Source: Pseudomonadota bacterium
Lineage (GTDB): Bacteria; Bdellovibrionota_F; JAHFAK01; JBDREC01
Direction: 5' to 3'
NCBI GenBank assembly: GCA_043820105.1
Contig: JBDREC010000088.1
Location: forward strand, 1-64,000
Length of the DNA: 64,000 nucleotides
Shown: positions 22,056 through 32,792 of the stretch, piece after piece
Numbering within the stretch: the first letter of the stretch is position 1
Layout of the letters: the number at the start of each line of letters is the position of its first letter
Notes under the pieces: model-generated
The model's input: only the letters and a program-made list of their open reading frames with translations
Database searches by the model: none
What the model was told of the DNA's origin: nothing
Program-made: the position numbers and the translations under genes

Positions 22056-22278
22056 ATCCCCCTCCAGGATTTTTAATAAATATTTATCAACTTTTTATAA
22101 ATTCCAGGGGATTATACTAAATTTTATTTTTTGTGCAAACTAATTTAGAATATATTTAAAAAAACTCAATACCTTTATAATAAAAGATTGAAATAGCATA
22201 AGAGTATTATATTCATTATAATCTCTTTCTGATTTATTCTAATAAAAATATGTGATAAACAAAAAAGAGTCTACCCTT

Positions 22279-25200
22279 TTACAGATAGCTAGTTATAAGA
22301 CTTATAATATTGAAACCATCCGTCTTTTGAATATTGTAGTTATTTTGTTCAACTACTGAACCATAAAGTATGTTAAAAATCTGATTGAAAAACATTGATT
22401 CTACGCTATATTTGAAAAAGATTTCATGTTTTTTTTGTAATTCAAAATTATCGAAACTTAAAAGCTCCTGATATAGCTTTTCAATCACAGGTCTTTCATA
22501 TAATATCACCTTATCAAGTTCAATCTTTTCATTATATTTTTCTTGAGCAAATTTTCTCAACTGCTCAATAGTTGAAAATTTTTCTTTGTTCCCCTGATTT
22601 ATTTCAATTGCGTCTAATAAAATTTTAATAAAAGCAATTTCCGAAAGACAAGATTCGAAAATTAAATCCTTATTTTCATTATAAAAACTCACTATTTCAT
22701 AAACTGAAGGATTACTCAACAAGAGCAATTCAATTTCACGCCATAAAAGACCTGCTATTTTAATAGAAGTTATGTCCAGCTTAACATCACCAATCTCATT
22801 ATCTATATAGTTAAGAGGCAAACCATTTTGAATTCTTAAATTTAAGTCTAAAAGTGCATATTTAAATTCTAAGTTATCTTCATAATCAACAATTGTTGAT
22901 AAATGTTGTTCAAATTCTTCAACTGTGAAATCCTGATATTCAATAAAATCCAAATATTGTTTTAAATAAGACCATAACAAATCATTGTTTTCATTATCTT
23001 CAAATGAAACCTGCTTTCTTCTGTCTACAGAAGAACACATTAACAAATCAGCTTCATTAAGCTCATCAATAAAAGGATCAACAAAATTAACCAAGGAAAC
23101 AACAGGAAGGCCAAAGTCGTAAGAGTCAATAGTATCTTCACGTGTCGGATCCCAAATTTCTTCTTCCCAGCCAACAAGAATCATTTTAGATTTTATAAAC
23201 TGGTTTTGGGCATATTTTATTCTTTCATTTTCAGACAAAAAGAAGTCTGGATTTGTGTAAACCTGCAATTGCACTGCTTCTTCAAAACGTTTTTTATCTT
23301 CTGCCGAAGCTTCCAGATATTCTTTTGAGTTCATTTGTTCATTTATATAATTTAATTGCATTAAACTTAAATAATCATCTTTTCTACTAAGCATCTTTAG
23401 ATCAGCAAAGAAGTTGCGAGCATTATATTTCATTTCACTAATTCTTCGCAATTCATTTTCTAACACAAATCTTACATCATCGTCGTTTTTGATTTTCTCT
23501 TTAAACCAGTATTTAAAAGGTTCGTTCATGTAGTTTTCTGCGTATTTCCCAGCATTTGAGCTTAAACCTTTTTTATAGGCTATTATAGGATCAATAACCT
23601 TTTCAACAGAATCTTTTAATATAGCTACGGATTGAGAGAGCTCTTCTAGTTGTTCATAATGTTGAATTAAATCTTCTGGGCTTCTTATGGCATGATAAGA
23701 ATAAGTCAAACCAATGCTTTCTACTGATATAAAAGAAGCTGTTAGTTTAATTAAACACGCTGGATAATAGGCAAGGTCAATTTGGCTTTTTGCTGCATAT
23801 GCTCTTTCAATTGTGTTCACTGAATCATTTATTATTTTTAAAGTTTCATCCTCGCAAGCAGCATATTTTTTATTCAGCTCACTAAGTTCCATATTTGCTA
23901 AATAATCTTTGTGCATTCCCATACTTTTTCCAACACACTTTACTGCTTTTTCACAGATAGAAAATTCTTTTTCATATTGCCCGATTTTCTTTTCAAAAAT
24001 TGCTTTTATTTTTTCAGGATTATTTTTATTATCTTGAACAACTTGGTTTATGTTAAAATCTGAGTTTGCGGAACTGGTAGGCCCTACATCATGCAAAAAG
24101 TAATCTCTTTGCATTCCAATAAAATCCTCATAATCTTCAACTGTCTCTGAATAAAGCTCTCTAATTTTTCTTTCTTTAGTTGTTTGCATATCAATATAGC
24201 TCTTAAGCTCATGCTTTAAGCTTGGAATTTCTTCAATAAGCTCTGCTCTATCTGTTGAAATTAAATCAATCCCTGCGTCTTTTAAGCCTCCAGCTAGAAC
24301 TTTTAAGGATATTTCTTCGTCTTGGGCTTTATAGTTTTTAAGAACATTTATTAAAATTGTTTCTCCTCTTGTTAAGCCTTTCTTAAAAGGAGACGGTCTT
24401 TCTATTTCTCTAACAAAATGAGTTAATCCATTTTCAGAAACATCAAAAAAGTTTAGCATGGTTACAATTGAAGATCTTAAAATCCCAGGGCCATCAACAA
24501 TATGGCCAGCATCTACATTTTCCCAAAACTCACTGTTTTCTTTATCAACCAACATTGATAAAATACGTTCGCCAAACTTTAAGCCTTTAAAAAAGTTTAT
24601 TATTTCTAAATGAGCGTGAACATATTTTGAATCTGGCAGTTCATCTTCTAAATTATTAATTTTAAGTTTTTCCCTTGCATATATTTCCCATGTAAGCTGT
24701 CTGGTTTTTGCTAAATTGTGAAGATAAGCTTCTATATAAGGATTAATAGTTGCTTCTCTTCCAAATTCAAGTCCAGACAATATTGTTTGCACACTAGTCT
24801 TATTAACAGGTGTTGCATTTAAGCTTTTAAGAGACAAAGATAATTGGGCAAGACCCGATTGATAGGCGGCATTAAAGCCATAGTACCTCCCTGAATCAAA
24901 AACTTCATCAACTGCAATTGTTACATACTCTGGTACCTGAGTGTAAATATAAACTCCTAAGAGACCTCCTAAAACACCTATCCCAAAACCAGCTGCTCCT
25001 CCTGGAACATTTCCAAGAATCGCGCCAGCTGCTGTTCCAACTATGGCAGGCCCAAGCATCATACTTGATACTAGTGTTACAAATTCACCTGAAAGAATAT
25101 TATGCCACCATAGGTTCCTAAGCAATAAAGGTGCGAGGCCAGAAGGAGAAATCGCCTTATAAAGGTTTCTGAAAAAACACTGCCTAACAATTTTGTTTTT

Positions 25201-25926
25201 TGAAAGAACAGAAAAATATGTAACTTTTTCAAGGTCTATTTCAGGATGTTTTATCCCAAGTTCCTGAATTGTAAAATATCTGGCTATCTCTATCCAAACC
25301 TCAAAAAACTCCCAAAATCCAAATAAATAAGCAGTATGCAAAAAGGAAAAAGTAATTTTTGAAAAGGCATTTCTACCCATTTGTGTTTTAACAGAATTTG
25401 CAAAAAGCTGAAAAGCCATGTCACCAGCTGCCTTTGAAGCCTCTGTTCCAATAATTTGTTTTAAGTAAAGATGCTTAAACGCTTCTTGTCCTACTTTTTT
25501 TAAAATAGCTCCAACTGGTTTCTCTAAAGCTTGAGATCCAAGCATCATTGAAGGAAAAGTTACCTCATCTGCAAGATAAATTAAAGAATCTGTAGCTAGA
25601 TCAAGCTTTTCTTGAAAATCCGCTGGCTTTCCATAAATAAGCAAAGACCTTTCAGAGGCTGAATCAAATGTTGCTATAACCGTTGAAATAGCAACCATCA
25701 TTGCAATAGACATGGTATGTTGACCTGGCATTTTATCAAACTTTGACCTAATTGCCTCAATGTCTTTTTGTGTTTCTGGAGCTTCTAAAGCATCAACTGT
25801 TGCGCCCGCTTGATCAATTGGATCAGCTGGCAAAGTTGTATCAGCAGCATAGATATGGGTAAGGTTAATGATTAAAGTAATTATTAAAAGCGCACCAATA
25901 AATAATTTCCTTGAACTCCATAGCAT
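22279..25926 (-). CDS. Large exported hypothetical protein with glycine-rich hydrophobic hairpin
   Basis: About 1215 aa from MLWSS (GGAAGG RBS); signal peptide; GPAIVGTAAGAILGNVPGGAAGFGIGVLGGLLG; helical remainder. Confidence 0.8.
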   Translation of the reverse strand: MLWSSRKLFIGALLIITLIINLTHIYAADTTLPADPIDQAGATVDALEAPETQKDIEAIRSKFDKMPGQHTMSIAMMVAISTVIATFDSASERSLLIYGKPADFQEKLDLATDSLIYLADEVTFPSMMLGSQALEKPVGAILKKVGQEAFKHLYLKQIIGTEASKAAGDMAFQLFANSVKTQMGRNAFSKITFSFLHTAYLFGFWEFFEVWIEIARYFTIQELGIKHPEIDLEKVTYFSVLSKNKIVRQCFFRNLYKAISPSGLAPLLLRNLWWHNILSGEFVTLVSSMMLGPAIVGTAAGAILGNVPGGAAGFGIGVLGGLLGVYIYTQVPEYVTIAVDEVFDSGRYYGFNAAYQSGLAQLSLSLKSLNATPVNKTSVQTILSGLEFGREATINPYIEAYLHNLAKTRQLTWEIYAREKLKINNLEDELPDSKYVHAHLEIINFFKGLKFGERILSMLVDKENSEFWENVDAGHIVDGPGILRSSIVTMLNFFDVSENGLTHFVREIERPSPFKKGLTRGETILINVLKNYKAQDEEISLKVLAGGLKDAGIDLISTDRAELIEEIPSLKHELKSYIDMQTTKERKIRELYSETVEDYEDFIGMQRDYFLHDVGPTSSANSDFNINQVVQDNKNNPEKIKAIFEKKIGQYEKEFSICEKAVKCVGKSMGMHKDYLANMELSELNKKYAACEDETLKIINDSVNTIERAYAAKSQIDLAYYPACLIKLTASFISVESIGLTYSYHAIRSPEDLIQHYEQLEELSQSVAILKDSVEKVIDPIIAYKKGLSSNAGKYAENYMNEPFKYWFKEKIKNDDDVRFVLENELRRISEMKYNARNFFADLKMLSRKDDYLSLMQLNYINEQMNSKEYLEASAEDKKRFEEAVQLQVYTNPDFFLSENERIKYAQNQFIKSKMILVGWEEEIWDPTREDTIDSYDFGLPVVSLVNFVDPFIDELNEADLLMCSSVDRRKQVSFEDNENNDLLWSYLKQYLDFIEYQDFTVEEFEQHLSTIVDYEDNLEFKYALLDLNLRIQNGLPLNYIDNEIGDVKLDITSIKIAGLLWREIELLLLSNPSVYEIVSFYNENKDLIFESCLSEIAFIKILLDAIEINQGNKEKFSTIEQLRKFAQEKYNEKIELDKVILYERPVIEKLYQELLSFDNFELQKKHEIFFKYSVESMFFNQIFNILYGSVVEQNNYNIQKTDGFNIISLITSYL

Positions 25927-25999
25927 TAAAAAATTCCTTCCACTAAAAAGCCGCCATAATATAAATAAAAAAATTTTCACATAAGCTGTTTTAATATAA

Positions 26000-26014
26000 G
26001 CAATTTGAATACCA
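26000..26014 (-). promoter_or_regulatory. sigma-54 promoter
   Basis: TGGTAT-TCAAA-TTGC on minus strand; IHF-like AATCAGAATGTTA at 26042-26054. Confidence 0.7.
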
Positions 26015-26135
26015 ACAAGCGATCCTGATTTACTCCTATCAAATCAGAATGTTATTGCTTGGTTTTAGGTTTTTTTATGTTCAATGAAGTAAGTATTAGG
26101 CGGTTTTATGGATTATTGGGAAACCAAAGTCCCAT

Positions 26136-27560
26136 TTATTTAATCTTTCTAACTTCTCTTCCATCTATTTTTGTCCTAGCTCTTTCAAGCTGGGCTAGTC
26201 TATCTCTTAATATTGCAGGATCAGAAATTAAACGTCCTTCTTCTGTTTTAATGTATTCCCAATGCTGGGCACCTAGGCCATATTCGTTTAGAATACTAAG
26301 AATCTGCCTTGATCTTTCGATGTAATCTATCTTTCCGGGAGATGTTGATTTATCTACCTGCAAAACTTTGGGTGTAAGATTTAATGTTTCAAATAAGGGT
26401 GGCATTTCCTGCGTAGATATCGGAATTTCACTTGAAGCAAGTAAAGTAGCATGTCTTGCTCTACTAACATCTAAAATCTGCACTCTTTGTTGAAATCTTT
26501 GACGAAGTTCTTTGAATTTTCCTTTTTTAAACCTTAACAGTTCATCTGATAAAAGCCCTTCAAATTCAAGCTCACTAAGTTCTGAATCAAGCCATTCCAA
26601 ATATTCATTGATTCCCAAAGCCGCTAAAGGAAACCTGTCTGACAAAAAAACCATTTCATCTACCATAGGCTGCAGATTATCCATTTCTGTAATATCAACA
26701 CAAAATCTAACAGCTTCTCTTCTTTCAATTAGATTTATAGATCCAAGATAAGCATAAACAATTTGCCTATAAGCAATTACTTCATGCAATTTATTCCATC
26801 TAATGTGATCAATAATATCATATTCAAGTTTTCCATGAGCAAGCAATTCAAATAATAAAACAATTAGCTCTCCTGTCCTAAGCTCGCCTCCGGGCTGGGC
26901 TTTTAGTTTTAACAAATATTCATCAAAACAATCCTCAAATACTTTAATGGCTTCACTAAGCCTGTCATCGCTTAGAATAATCCCCTGAGCTTTGGCATCT
27001 TGTATAATTTTATAAATTTCTTCTGCCCAAAAAGCTCTTTCCTCAATACTCGCCCTTTTTGACAACTCATCAAAATTTATATCTTCAGTTTCTCTTTTCA
27101 TTGTTTCAGGAAAATACTTTGAATATCGGCCAAGATTTGAAGTTTTTTGCCTGGACATTTTAATTAAAATAAAAGTAAAGCGTCTTACGTCAGCCCTATC
27201 AAGGCCAATCATTTTATCTATTAGAATATCATCATGTAAAGAAATACAAATCGTGGATACCTGGAGATTGCTATCCTTTGCTCCAATTTCAAGAGAGCTT
27301 AAAATGCTTTTTCTTAATACTTGATCTGCTCTAAGCATTCTTCGAATTTCCTGATTTTCAAAGCTTGGAACTGATTCATCTAATGGATAAATGAGCTGAT
27401 CTAATCGAATAATATATTCGAGTCTTTCGAAACCTGAGCTTGATTCTATTTTTTGTGCAAGCTCCGTCAATTGACTTGTATTATTTGAATAAATCATGGG
27501 TACTGTAAATATAAAAACTAATCCTGTTAAAATGGATAATTTCAAAATATTTCTCTTCAT
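26136..27560 (-). CDS. Secreted helical hypothetical protein
   Basis: Signal peptide MKRNILKLSILTGLVFIFTVPMIYS; 16 bp downstream of the 1.65-kaa gene. Confidence 0.8.
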   Translation of the reverse strand: MKRNILKLSILTGLVFIFTVPMIYSNNTSQLTELAQKIESSSGFERLEYIIRLDQLIYPLDESVPSFENQEIRRMLRADQVLRKSILSSLEIGAKDSNLQVSTICISLHDDILIDKMIGLDRADVRRFTFILIKMSRQKTSNLGRYSKYFPETMKRETEDINFDELSKRASIEERAFWAEEIYKIIQDAKAQGIILSDDRLSEAIKVFEDCFDEYLLKLKAQPGGELRTGELIVLLFELLAHGKLEYDIIDHIRWNKLHEVIAYRQIVYAYLGSINLIERREAVRFCVDITEMDNLQPMVDEMVFLSDRFPLAALGINEYLEWLDSELSELEFEGLLSDELLRFKKGKFKELRQRFQQRVQILDVSRARHATLLASSEIPISTQEMPPLFETLNLTPKVLQVDKSTSPGKIDYIERSRQILSILNEYGLGAQHWEYIKTEEGRLISDPAILRDRLAQLERARTKIDGREVRKIK

Positions 27561-27576
27561 ATAACTTCTTTCCTTA

Positions 27577-30500
27577 TTAGTTCCATGTAGGACTTTGAAT
27601 AATGCTTCTATTTAAACTCATGTCAATGTGTATAGATTTAATTCTACCGCGATTCCGGCTAATTCCATTTGCATCTGTATATGTTGAATAATTTTTATCT
27701 GAAACTATTGCTTTAAGTCTAACACCATCAACTGTTGCCCTTATAATAATATCACCTCTTGCATCTACTTTCTTTTGACCATATAAAAATAAAGCTTCAA
27801 CTGCTGCATCTATTTTGGCGCTATCCCAAGAGGCTGGAAAAATTGTTTTAGCAATAGGTATTGGGGATCTAACTATTTCCCCATTTGCTTGCACAACAGC
27901 AGGTCTGATTAAAACACCATAAAATCCACCAGGAAATTCTACAAGACCTAAAAGTTCTTTATTAGACCTGCTTGTTTCTAATTCATATCTACCAGCAAGT
28001 AGCATCTTAAGGCCTTCATAAGAATGAAAACCATCTAACACATATATTCTTTTATTATGATCCCATCTTATTCTACCAATTTCGTGATTTACCTCAGCAC
28101 TTGTCATAAATTTTGCACTATTTCCCTGAGATCTTGATGAAATAATTTCATTAAACACTGACTCTCTCACAACAGGTGAAGCCTCAGAAGGAGTTGTAAA
28201 CATTCTTTCGCTTACAGGCAATTGCCCACGAGCCACAGCTACACCCATCCATGCACGCACTCTTGCTTTTAATTCAGGCTTAGAAACACCTTTAAGTGAA
28301 GGATTTTTGCTGATAATCTGTTCATATTTTTGATCGATATATTGTTCTTCCGCTGTTACAGATTTTGATCTGGCCAACCTGGACATTATTTGACTTGGCA
28401 AATGCCCTGGTAATGATTCACCAGCTCTAATACCTTCAATAGTCGCAATTTCACCAGAGACTTGTATTTCAATAGATACAACCTTCGTTGGTATTGGTGA
28501 TTTTTTAATAGATAAAACAGTATCACTTCCAGTTGATTCCATCATTCTATGTGAGCTTTCACTGCTTGAAATTTCAATTAAATCACTAAAAGCTATATAT
28601 TCTTTGGCGCTATATCTCAGTGTATATCTACCTGGAATTGTTTCACTGGCTTTTATTGAAATCTTTGTGCCTGGATCCATTTGACTTTCAATTGCTTCAG
28701 GCACACCACCATTATTACTTCCTTTTATTATAGCATCTACGGCTTCATTTAATGCAGCATCTCTTGAAAGAGCAGCGGCATTTCCCCAAGCCAGAACAAA
28801 CTGTCCAGAAGGATTAATTACAAATATTTCATTCTGTCTTTGAATCTCAGAACTATCAGAACTTAAGCTTACTTTCGGCCTAATTACTTGTCTTCTTGAC
28901 ATATCAACAGCTTGTAATTCTACGACTGCTCTTCTGGATACTGCAGGTTGCTGCATTCTGCCTGAGCCACCGCCATTATAGTTTCCTCTATGCCCTCTTG
29001 AGTAAGAACTGCTTCCTTCTCCAGGTCGAGAGGATCCATTATTGCTTCCTCCTGAGTTCAATGCAACATCTAGTCGCCTAAACAAATCTTGACGTGCCGA
29101 AAACTCATATCCAGGTTCACTTCCCTGACCTTCAAAAAATCTCATATTTAATGTGTTATTTTTAAGGTTCCATTCTGAAACAATGCCCAAATTTCCTTGC
29201 TCAACTGAAGATCTGTCAAGAGCTGATGGCTCTGTTCCATTATTAACATGGTTATGTAAAGTAATAAGGTATTGTTCTGCATTAGCCTTACCTTGAGCTC
29301 TTTGAGTAAATCGCGGTAAAATATATGTTCTATCTGGTGTGGAAATTGCTTCTGTTTCTAGTCTTTGCGCAAGTTGAGCATCACTTAGCTCAGACTCTGG
29401 GTTTGATTCTCTTAGTTTTTGCAAGGCTTCAGCCTTAGACATATTACCTCTTTGATAAGCGGTTATGGCAATATATAATCCTTGAGTTTGAGAAGATGTT
29501 TCAGCTCTTAATACAGACTCAGGAGTAAAAGCAACATCAATAAGCACATCTTTGCCTTCAGACCTTGCAAGGAGCAAAGTAGGAAGCTCCATTTCACCAA
29601 GCAGACCCCTTTTTGTGCTTTCAGCCATTTTTAAAAGAGCAGCTTTATGAACCTTCACAGGAGCTCTAAGATGATCAAAAACATAGAAGTCTCCTTGCCT
29701 TGAACCTTCAAGACTTATCTTTAAACCACCAAAATCAAGAACATGCCTGTCACCTCTATAAGCAACAGAAATCTCTCCACTTGCCAGCTGTGCTAAAGCT
29801 AATGAATGGTCATAGGCAACTGCTTCAGCAAAAAGCCTTTGAGCTTCTTTACAAAGATCAGACTCCGGATTTTCCCTGCTAAGGTGAGGAATAATCCTTG
29901 CAAGAGTTTTCTTTTCTAAATAATTTATCTTTTGCTCTATTTTTATTCTTTTCTTAGTGCCTGTTTCTGATAAAAGCTTGGCTCTTAGTTGTACAGTTCT
30001 AGATTTTAAAAGTTCAAATTCTGCTTTTGCTTGAGAAGAATGAATTTTGCCTGATATTCTTGATGTTAAAGGCTTTGTTAAAGCTCCTGCAATTCTAAAG
30101 CTAATAACAGTTGGCAGTGATCCAGTAATATTTTTTCCTATATTTTCAAGACTTCCAATATCTTCTAAAGATTCAGCTTCAATGATCTCACCGTCTTTAA
30201 AAACATATACAGGTTCATCACTTAGCTTAAATTGTAAAGCCTGTACAGAAACCGAACCAAGCCCCATTCCTGTTGCTTCACCTGCAATAAAAACAGCATG
30301 ATTAATTAGTTTAGACGGAATCAAACCTGATTGCCCAGCAATATGCGCAACTTTATTAACTGATTTTAAAACACCTAGTGAGACAACAGTTCCAGCATAT
30401 TCCCAGGCTGCCTCCTCAAGGGAATGAGGCAAAAGGTGATCCATAAAGTCATCGTTTTCAACACCTCTTATAAGGTCTTCTCCAAGATCTACAACAGCAG

Positions 30501-32550
30501 TGATTACTCTATGGCCAGCCATAAATATTAGAGATTCAACACCTAAGGCAACAATAACACCACTAATTGTTGCCATTGTGCTTCCAACTCCAAAAATCGT
30601 TCCACCAATATAAGCTCCAGCAAATTGACCAGCTGGACCTGCAATCGAAAAAAGCCCAACCATTAATGTCGTTGTTACTGCAAACTTAGCTGACTTTATT
30701 AATGTTTCTTTTATTCTTTCATTGCTCTTAATCTTTTCCCAACCATTTATGAAAACAGAATAAAGACCTGCTTCACCACTTGCTGAGATAAGGCCAGCAC
30801 TTTGTGCATAAGCGCCTTGAGCTACCTCAAGCATAGATTGGAGTTCTATGCTTCCTTCTTCACTAGGTCTTGCTAAAAAGGCCTTTATTCCTTCAAAGGT
30901 TTTCAATAATAAGGATCTGTTGTCTTCTAATTCTTGATAAACTTTTACAATGTCTTCATCAAAAGTATTTATATATTTCCTTGCCTTGTCTAAATAGGTT
31001 TCAACCTCTATCATTTGTTGAAGCAAGCCCAGACTTGTCACCCCAAGCTCTAAATACAATTTGGCTTTTTCCATATCAGATTGATGAAATGCCATCTCTG
31101 CATCACCAAAAAGAGAATAGGCTAAATCCATTTCCAGGTTGAAGTATTTTATTATATGCTTAGAAAGGTCTGATAGTTTTCCATTTTCAACAATATATTT
31201 TACATATGCTTGATTTTGATCCCACGTATAAACCATAGAAACAATGCTTAAAAGAAGCATTTCTTTTTTTATAATTTTTCTTGCTTTTTTTAAAGCATCT
31301 TTGGAAATATCAGAATTCCTAATAACACTAAACTGATCTCTTATGCTGTCTATTGAAGATTGATACTTTGTTTGAATATCATTTGGGATTATGCTCAAAT
31401 AGCTAAGAAGATTTTCATTTTCTTTTCTAACAACTGAATAAAAGCTATCTAAAGTTTCTTCTGATAAACCTGCTTCGTTTCTAAGTTTCTGTCTTTCTTT
31501 TTCCTCATCACTTACAGATAATGAAACATTCCTTGATGGAATTAAAATTCCCTGAGCCTTTTGGCTTAAGTTTCTGTATATGTGATTATGAAAGTCTCCT
31601 TGCAAATAAACTCTTTCAACTATATCTACAAAACTTTGCACTTCTTTTAGTTCAACATCAATTTCAGTCCATGCCTCAATTATTTTTGCAGCAACCAAAC
31701 TATTAAATAAAAATATTTCCTTAAAAATCTTTTCAGCAAAAGAGTAATTTGTATTATAGCGATCTAAAATAGTAGATTCAACTGATGACGTTCTTGTTTT
31801 ATAATGCTCTCCTAGAATAAAAGCAGCTGATCTATATTGAGCAATAATTTCGTCTTTATCTTTTGAAAACCTATCTGTTTTTATAAGCTCATAAGCAATT
31901 ATATGAGCTATCTTTTTTATTTTTTCATCTAAATTATCTCCACCTCGATCAAGATACAAAACAATATCTTGGTTACTAATAGAAGATTGCCTTGAGTCAT
32001 ATTGAGCAATCTTTTTAAAATCTTCTTCAAAATCTTTTGTAGTTTCAAGTTCAGCAGAATGTGAAATTCTACCTGTATATTTTCTTTTTAAAGCGCTAGA
32101 TGTTTTATTTCTTTGCTGCTGTCTTTCTTCTTTATTGGCAAAAATCATCATGCCATGATACAATTTCTCAAGGGCTTCAATGTTTGCTTGTTCTAGATTA
32201 GTATTTAGTTCTATAAAAACTTGTTCATTTTCTTGCGATAGCCTTGAAGCAATTTCTGAAGCAATATTAAAAGAAACATTATTGCCTCCTAATAGATTTA
32301 TAAATAGATTAGTTGCTTCATCTGGATATTGATCGCAAAGACTAATCAAATAATTATAGGCCTGATTTTCATTTTGAAGGTAGTTATTAGTAAATTCGTT
32401 TGAATAAATTTCCACCGATGCAAAAATATTAGACAGAGATAATGCTATAAATAATAAAAATAGATAAATTTCTAATATTTTACTTACTCTAAAAATTTTA
32501 TTTTCTCCCTTGATGCTGTTCATAAGGATCTCCTTAATCTTTAACTTCAT
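27577..32550 (-). CDS. Very large exported protein with JAB-like motif and C-terminal bacterial EndoU-like domain
   Basis: Signal peptide (alternative start 32523 has AAGGAG); hydrophobic Gly-rich middle; LHNHVNNGTEPSALD; NHEIG...DGFH...KTIFPASWDSAKIDAAV...GVRL. Confidence 0.7.
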   Translation of the reverse strand: MKLKIKEILMNSIKGENKIFRVSKILEIYLFLLFIALSLSNIFASVEIYSNEFTNNYLQNENQAYNYLISLCDQYPDEATNLFINLLGGNNVSFNIASEIASRLSQENEQVFIELNTNLEQANIEALEKLYHGMMIFANKEERQQQRNKTSSALKRKYTGRISHSAELETTKDFEEDFKKIAQYDSRQSSISNQDIVLYLDRGGDNLDEKIKKIAHIIAYELIKTDRFSKDKDEIIAQYRSAAFILGEHYKTRTSSVESTILDRYNTNYSFAEKIFKEIFLFNSLVAAKIIEAWTEIDVELKEVQSFVDIVERVYLQGDFHNHIYRNLSQKAQGILIPSRNVSLSVSDEEKERQKLRNEAGLSEETLDSFYSVVRKENENLLSYLSIIPNDIQTKYQSSIDSIRDQFSVIRNSDISKDALKKARKIIKKEMLLLSIVSMVYTWDQNQAYVKYIVENGKLSDLSKHIIKYFNLEMDLAYSLFGDAEMAFHQSDMEKAKLYLELGVTSLGLLQQMIEVETYLDKARKYINTFDEDIVKVYQELEDNRSLLLKTFEGIKAFLARPSEEGSIELQSMLEVAQGAYAQSAGLISASGEAGLYSVFINGWEKIKSNERIKETLIKSAKFAVTTTLMVGLFSIAGPAGQFAGAYIGGTIFGVGSTMATISGVIVALGVESLIFMAGHRVITAVVDLGEDLIRGVENDDFMDHLLPHSLEEAAWEYAGTVVSLGVLKSVNKVAHIAGQSGLIPSKLINHAVFIAGEATGMGLGSVSVQALQFKLSDEPVYVFKDGEIIEAESLEDIGSLENIGKNITGSLPTVISFRIAGALTKPLTSRISGKIHSSQAKAEFELLKSRTVQLRAKLLSETGTKKRIKIEQKINYLEKKTLARIIPHLSRENPESDLCKEAQRLFAEAVAYDHSLALAQLASGEISVAYRGDRHVLDFGGLKISLEGSRQGDFYVFDHLRAPVKVHKAALLKMAESTKRGLLGEMELPTLLLARSEGKDVLIDVAFTPESVLRAETSSQTQGLYIAITAYQRGNMSKAEALQKLRESNPESELSDAQLAQRLETEAISTPDRTYILPRFTQRAQGKANAEQYLITLHNHVNNGTEPSALDRSSVEQGNLGIVSEWNLKNNTLNMRFFEGQGSEPGYEFSARQDLFRRLDVALNSGGSNNGSSRPGEGSSSYSRGHRGNYNGGGSGRMQQPAVSRRAVVELQAVDMSRRQVIRPKVSLSSDSSEIQRQNEIFVINPSGQFVLAWGNAAALSRDAALNEAVDAIIKGSNNGGVPEAIESQMDPGTKISIKASETIPGRYTLRYSAKEYIAFSDLIEISSSESSHRMMESTGSDTVLSIKKSPIPTKVVSIEIQVSGEIATIEGIRAGESLPGHLPSQIMSRLARSKSVTAEEQYIDQKYEQIISKNPSLKGVSKPELKARVRAWMGVAVARGQLPVSERMFTTPSEASPVVRESVFNEIISSRSQGNSAKFMTSAEVNHEIGRIRWDHNKRIYVLDGFHSYEGLKMLLAGRYELETSRSNKELLGLVEFPGGFYGVLIRPAVVQANGEIVRSPIPIAKTIFPASWDSAKIDAAVEALFLYGQKKVDARGDIIIRATVDGVRLKAIVSDKNYSTYTDANGISRNRGRIKSIHIDMSLNRSIIQSPTWN

Positions 32551-32605
32551 AAACTATCTCATGATCCTTAATGATAAAATTTTACCCAACTCGCTTTTAT
32601 TATTT

Positions 32606-32620
32606 GCAATTACTGTGCCA
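32606..32620 (-). promoter_or_regulatory. sigma-54 promoter
   Basis: Consensus TGGCAC-AGTAA-TTGC; consensus IHF box TATCAAACGATTA at 32648-32660. Confidence 0.85.
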
Positions 32621-32792
32621 CCTTGAAACAAATAAAAACACCTTTACTATCAAACGATTAACAGGAACACTTTAATAATTTTATGTTCAAAAGGATAAAA
32701 ACGAGAGCTCAAGCAATGATAATAAAAATTGACAGCTTGCCATGATTTGAATATGAAGAGCCTGTTTTATTAAGCATTAAAGAAGTTATAAC

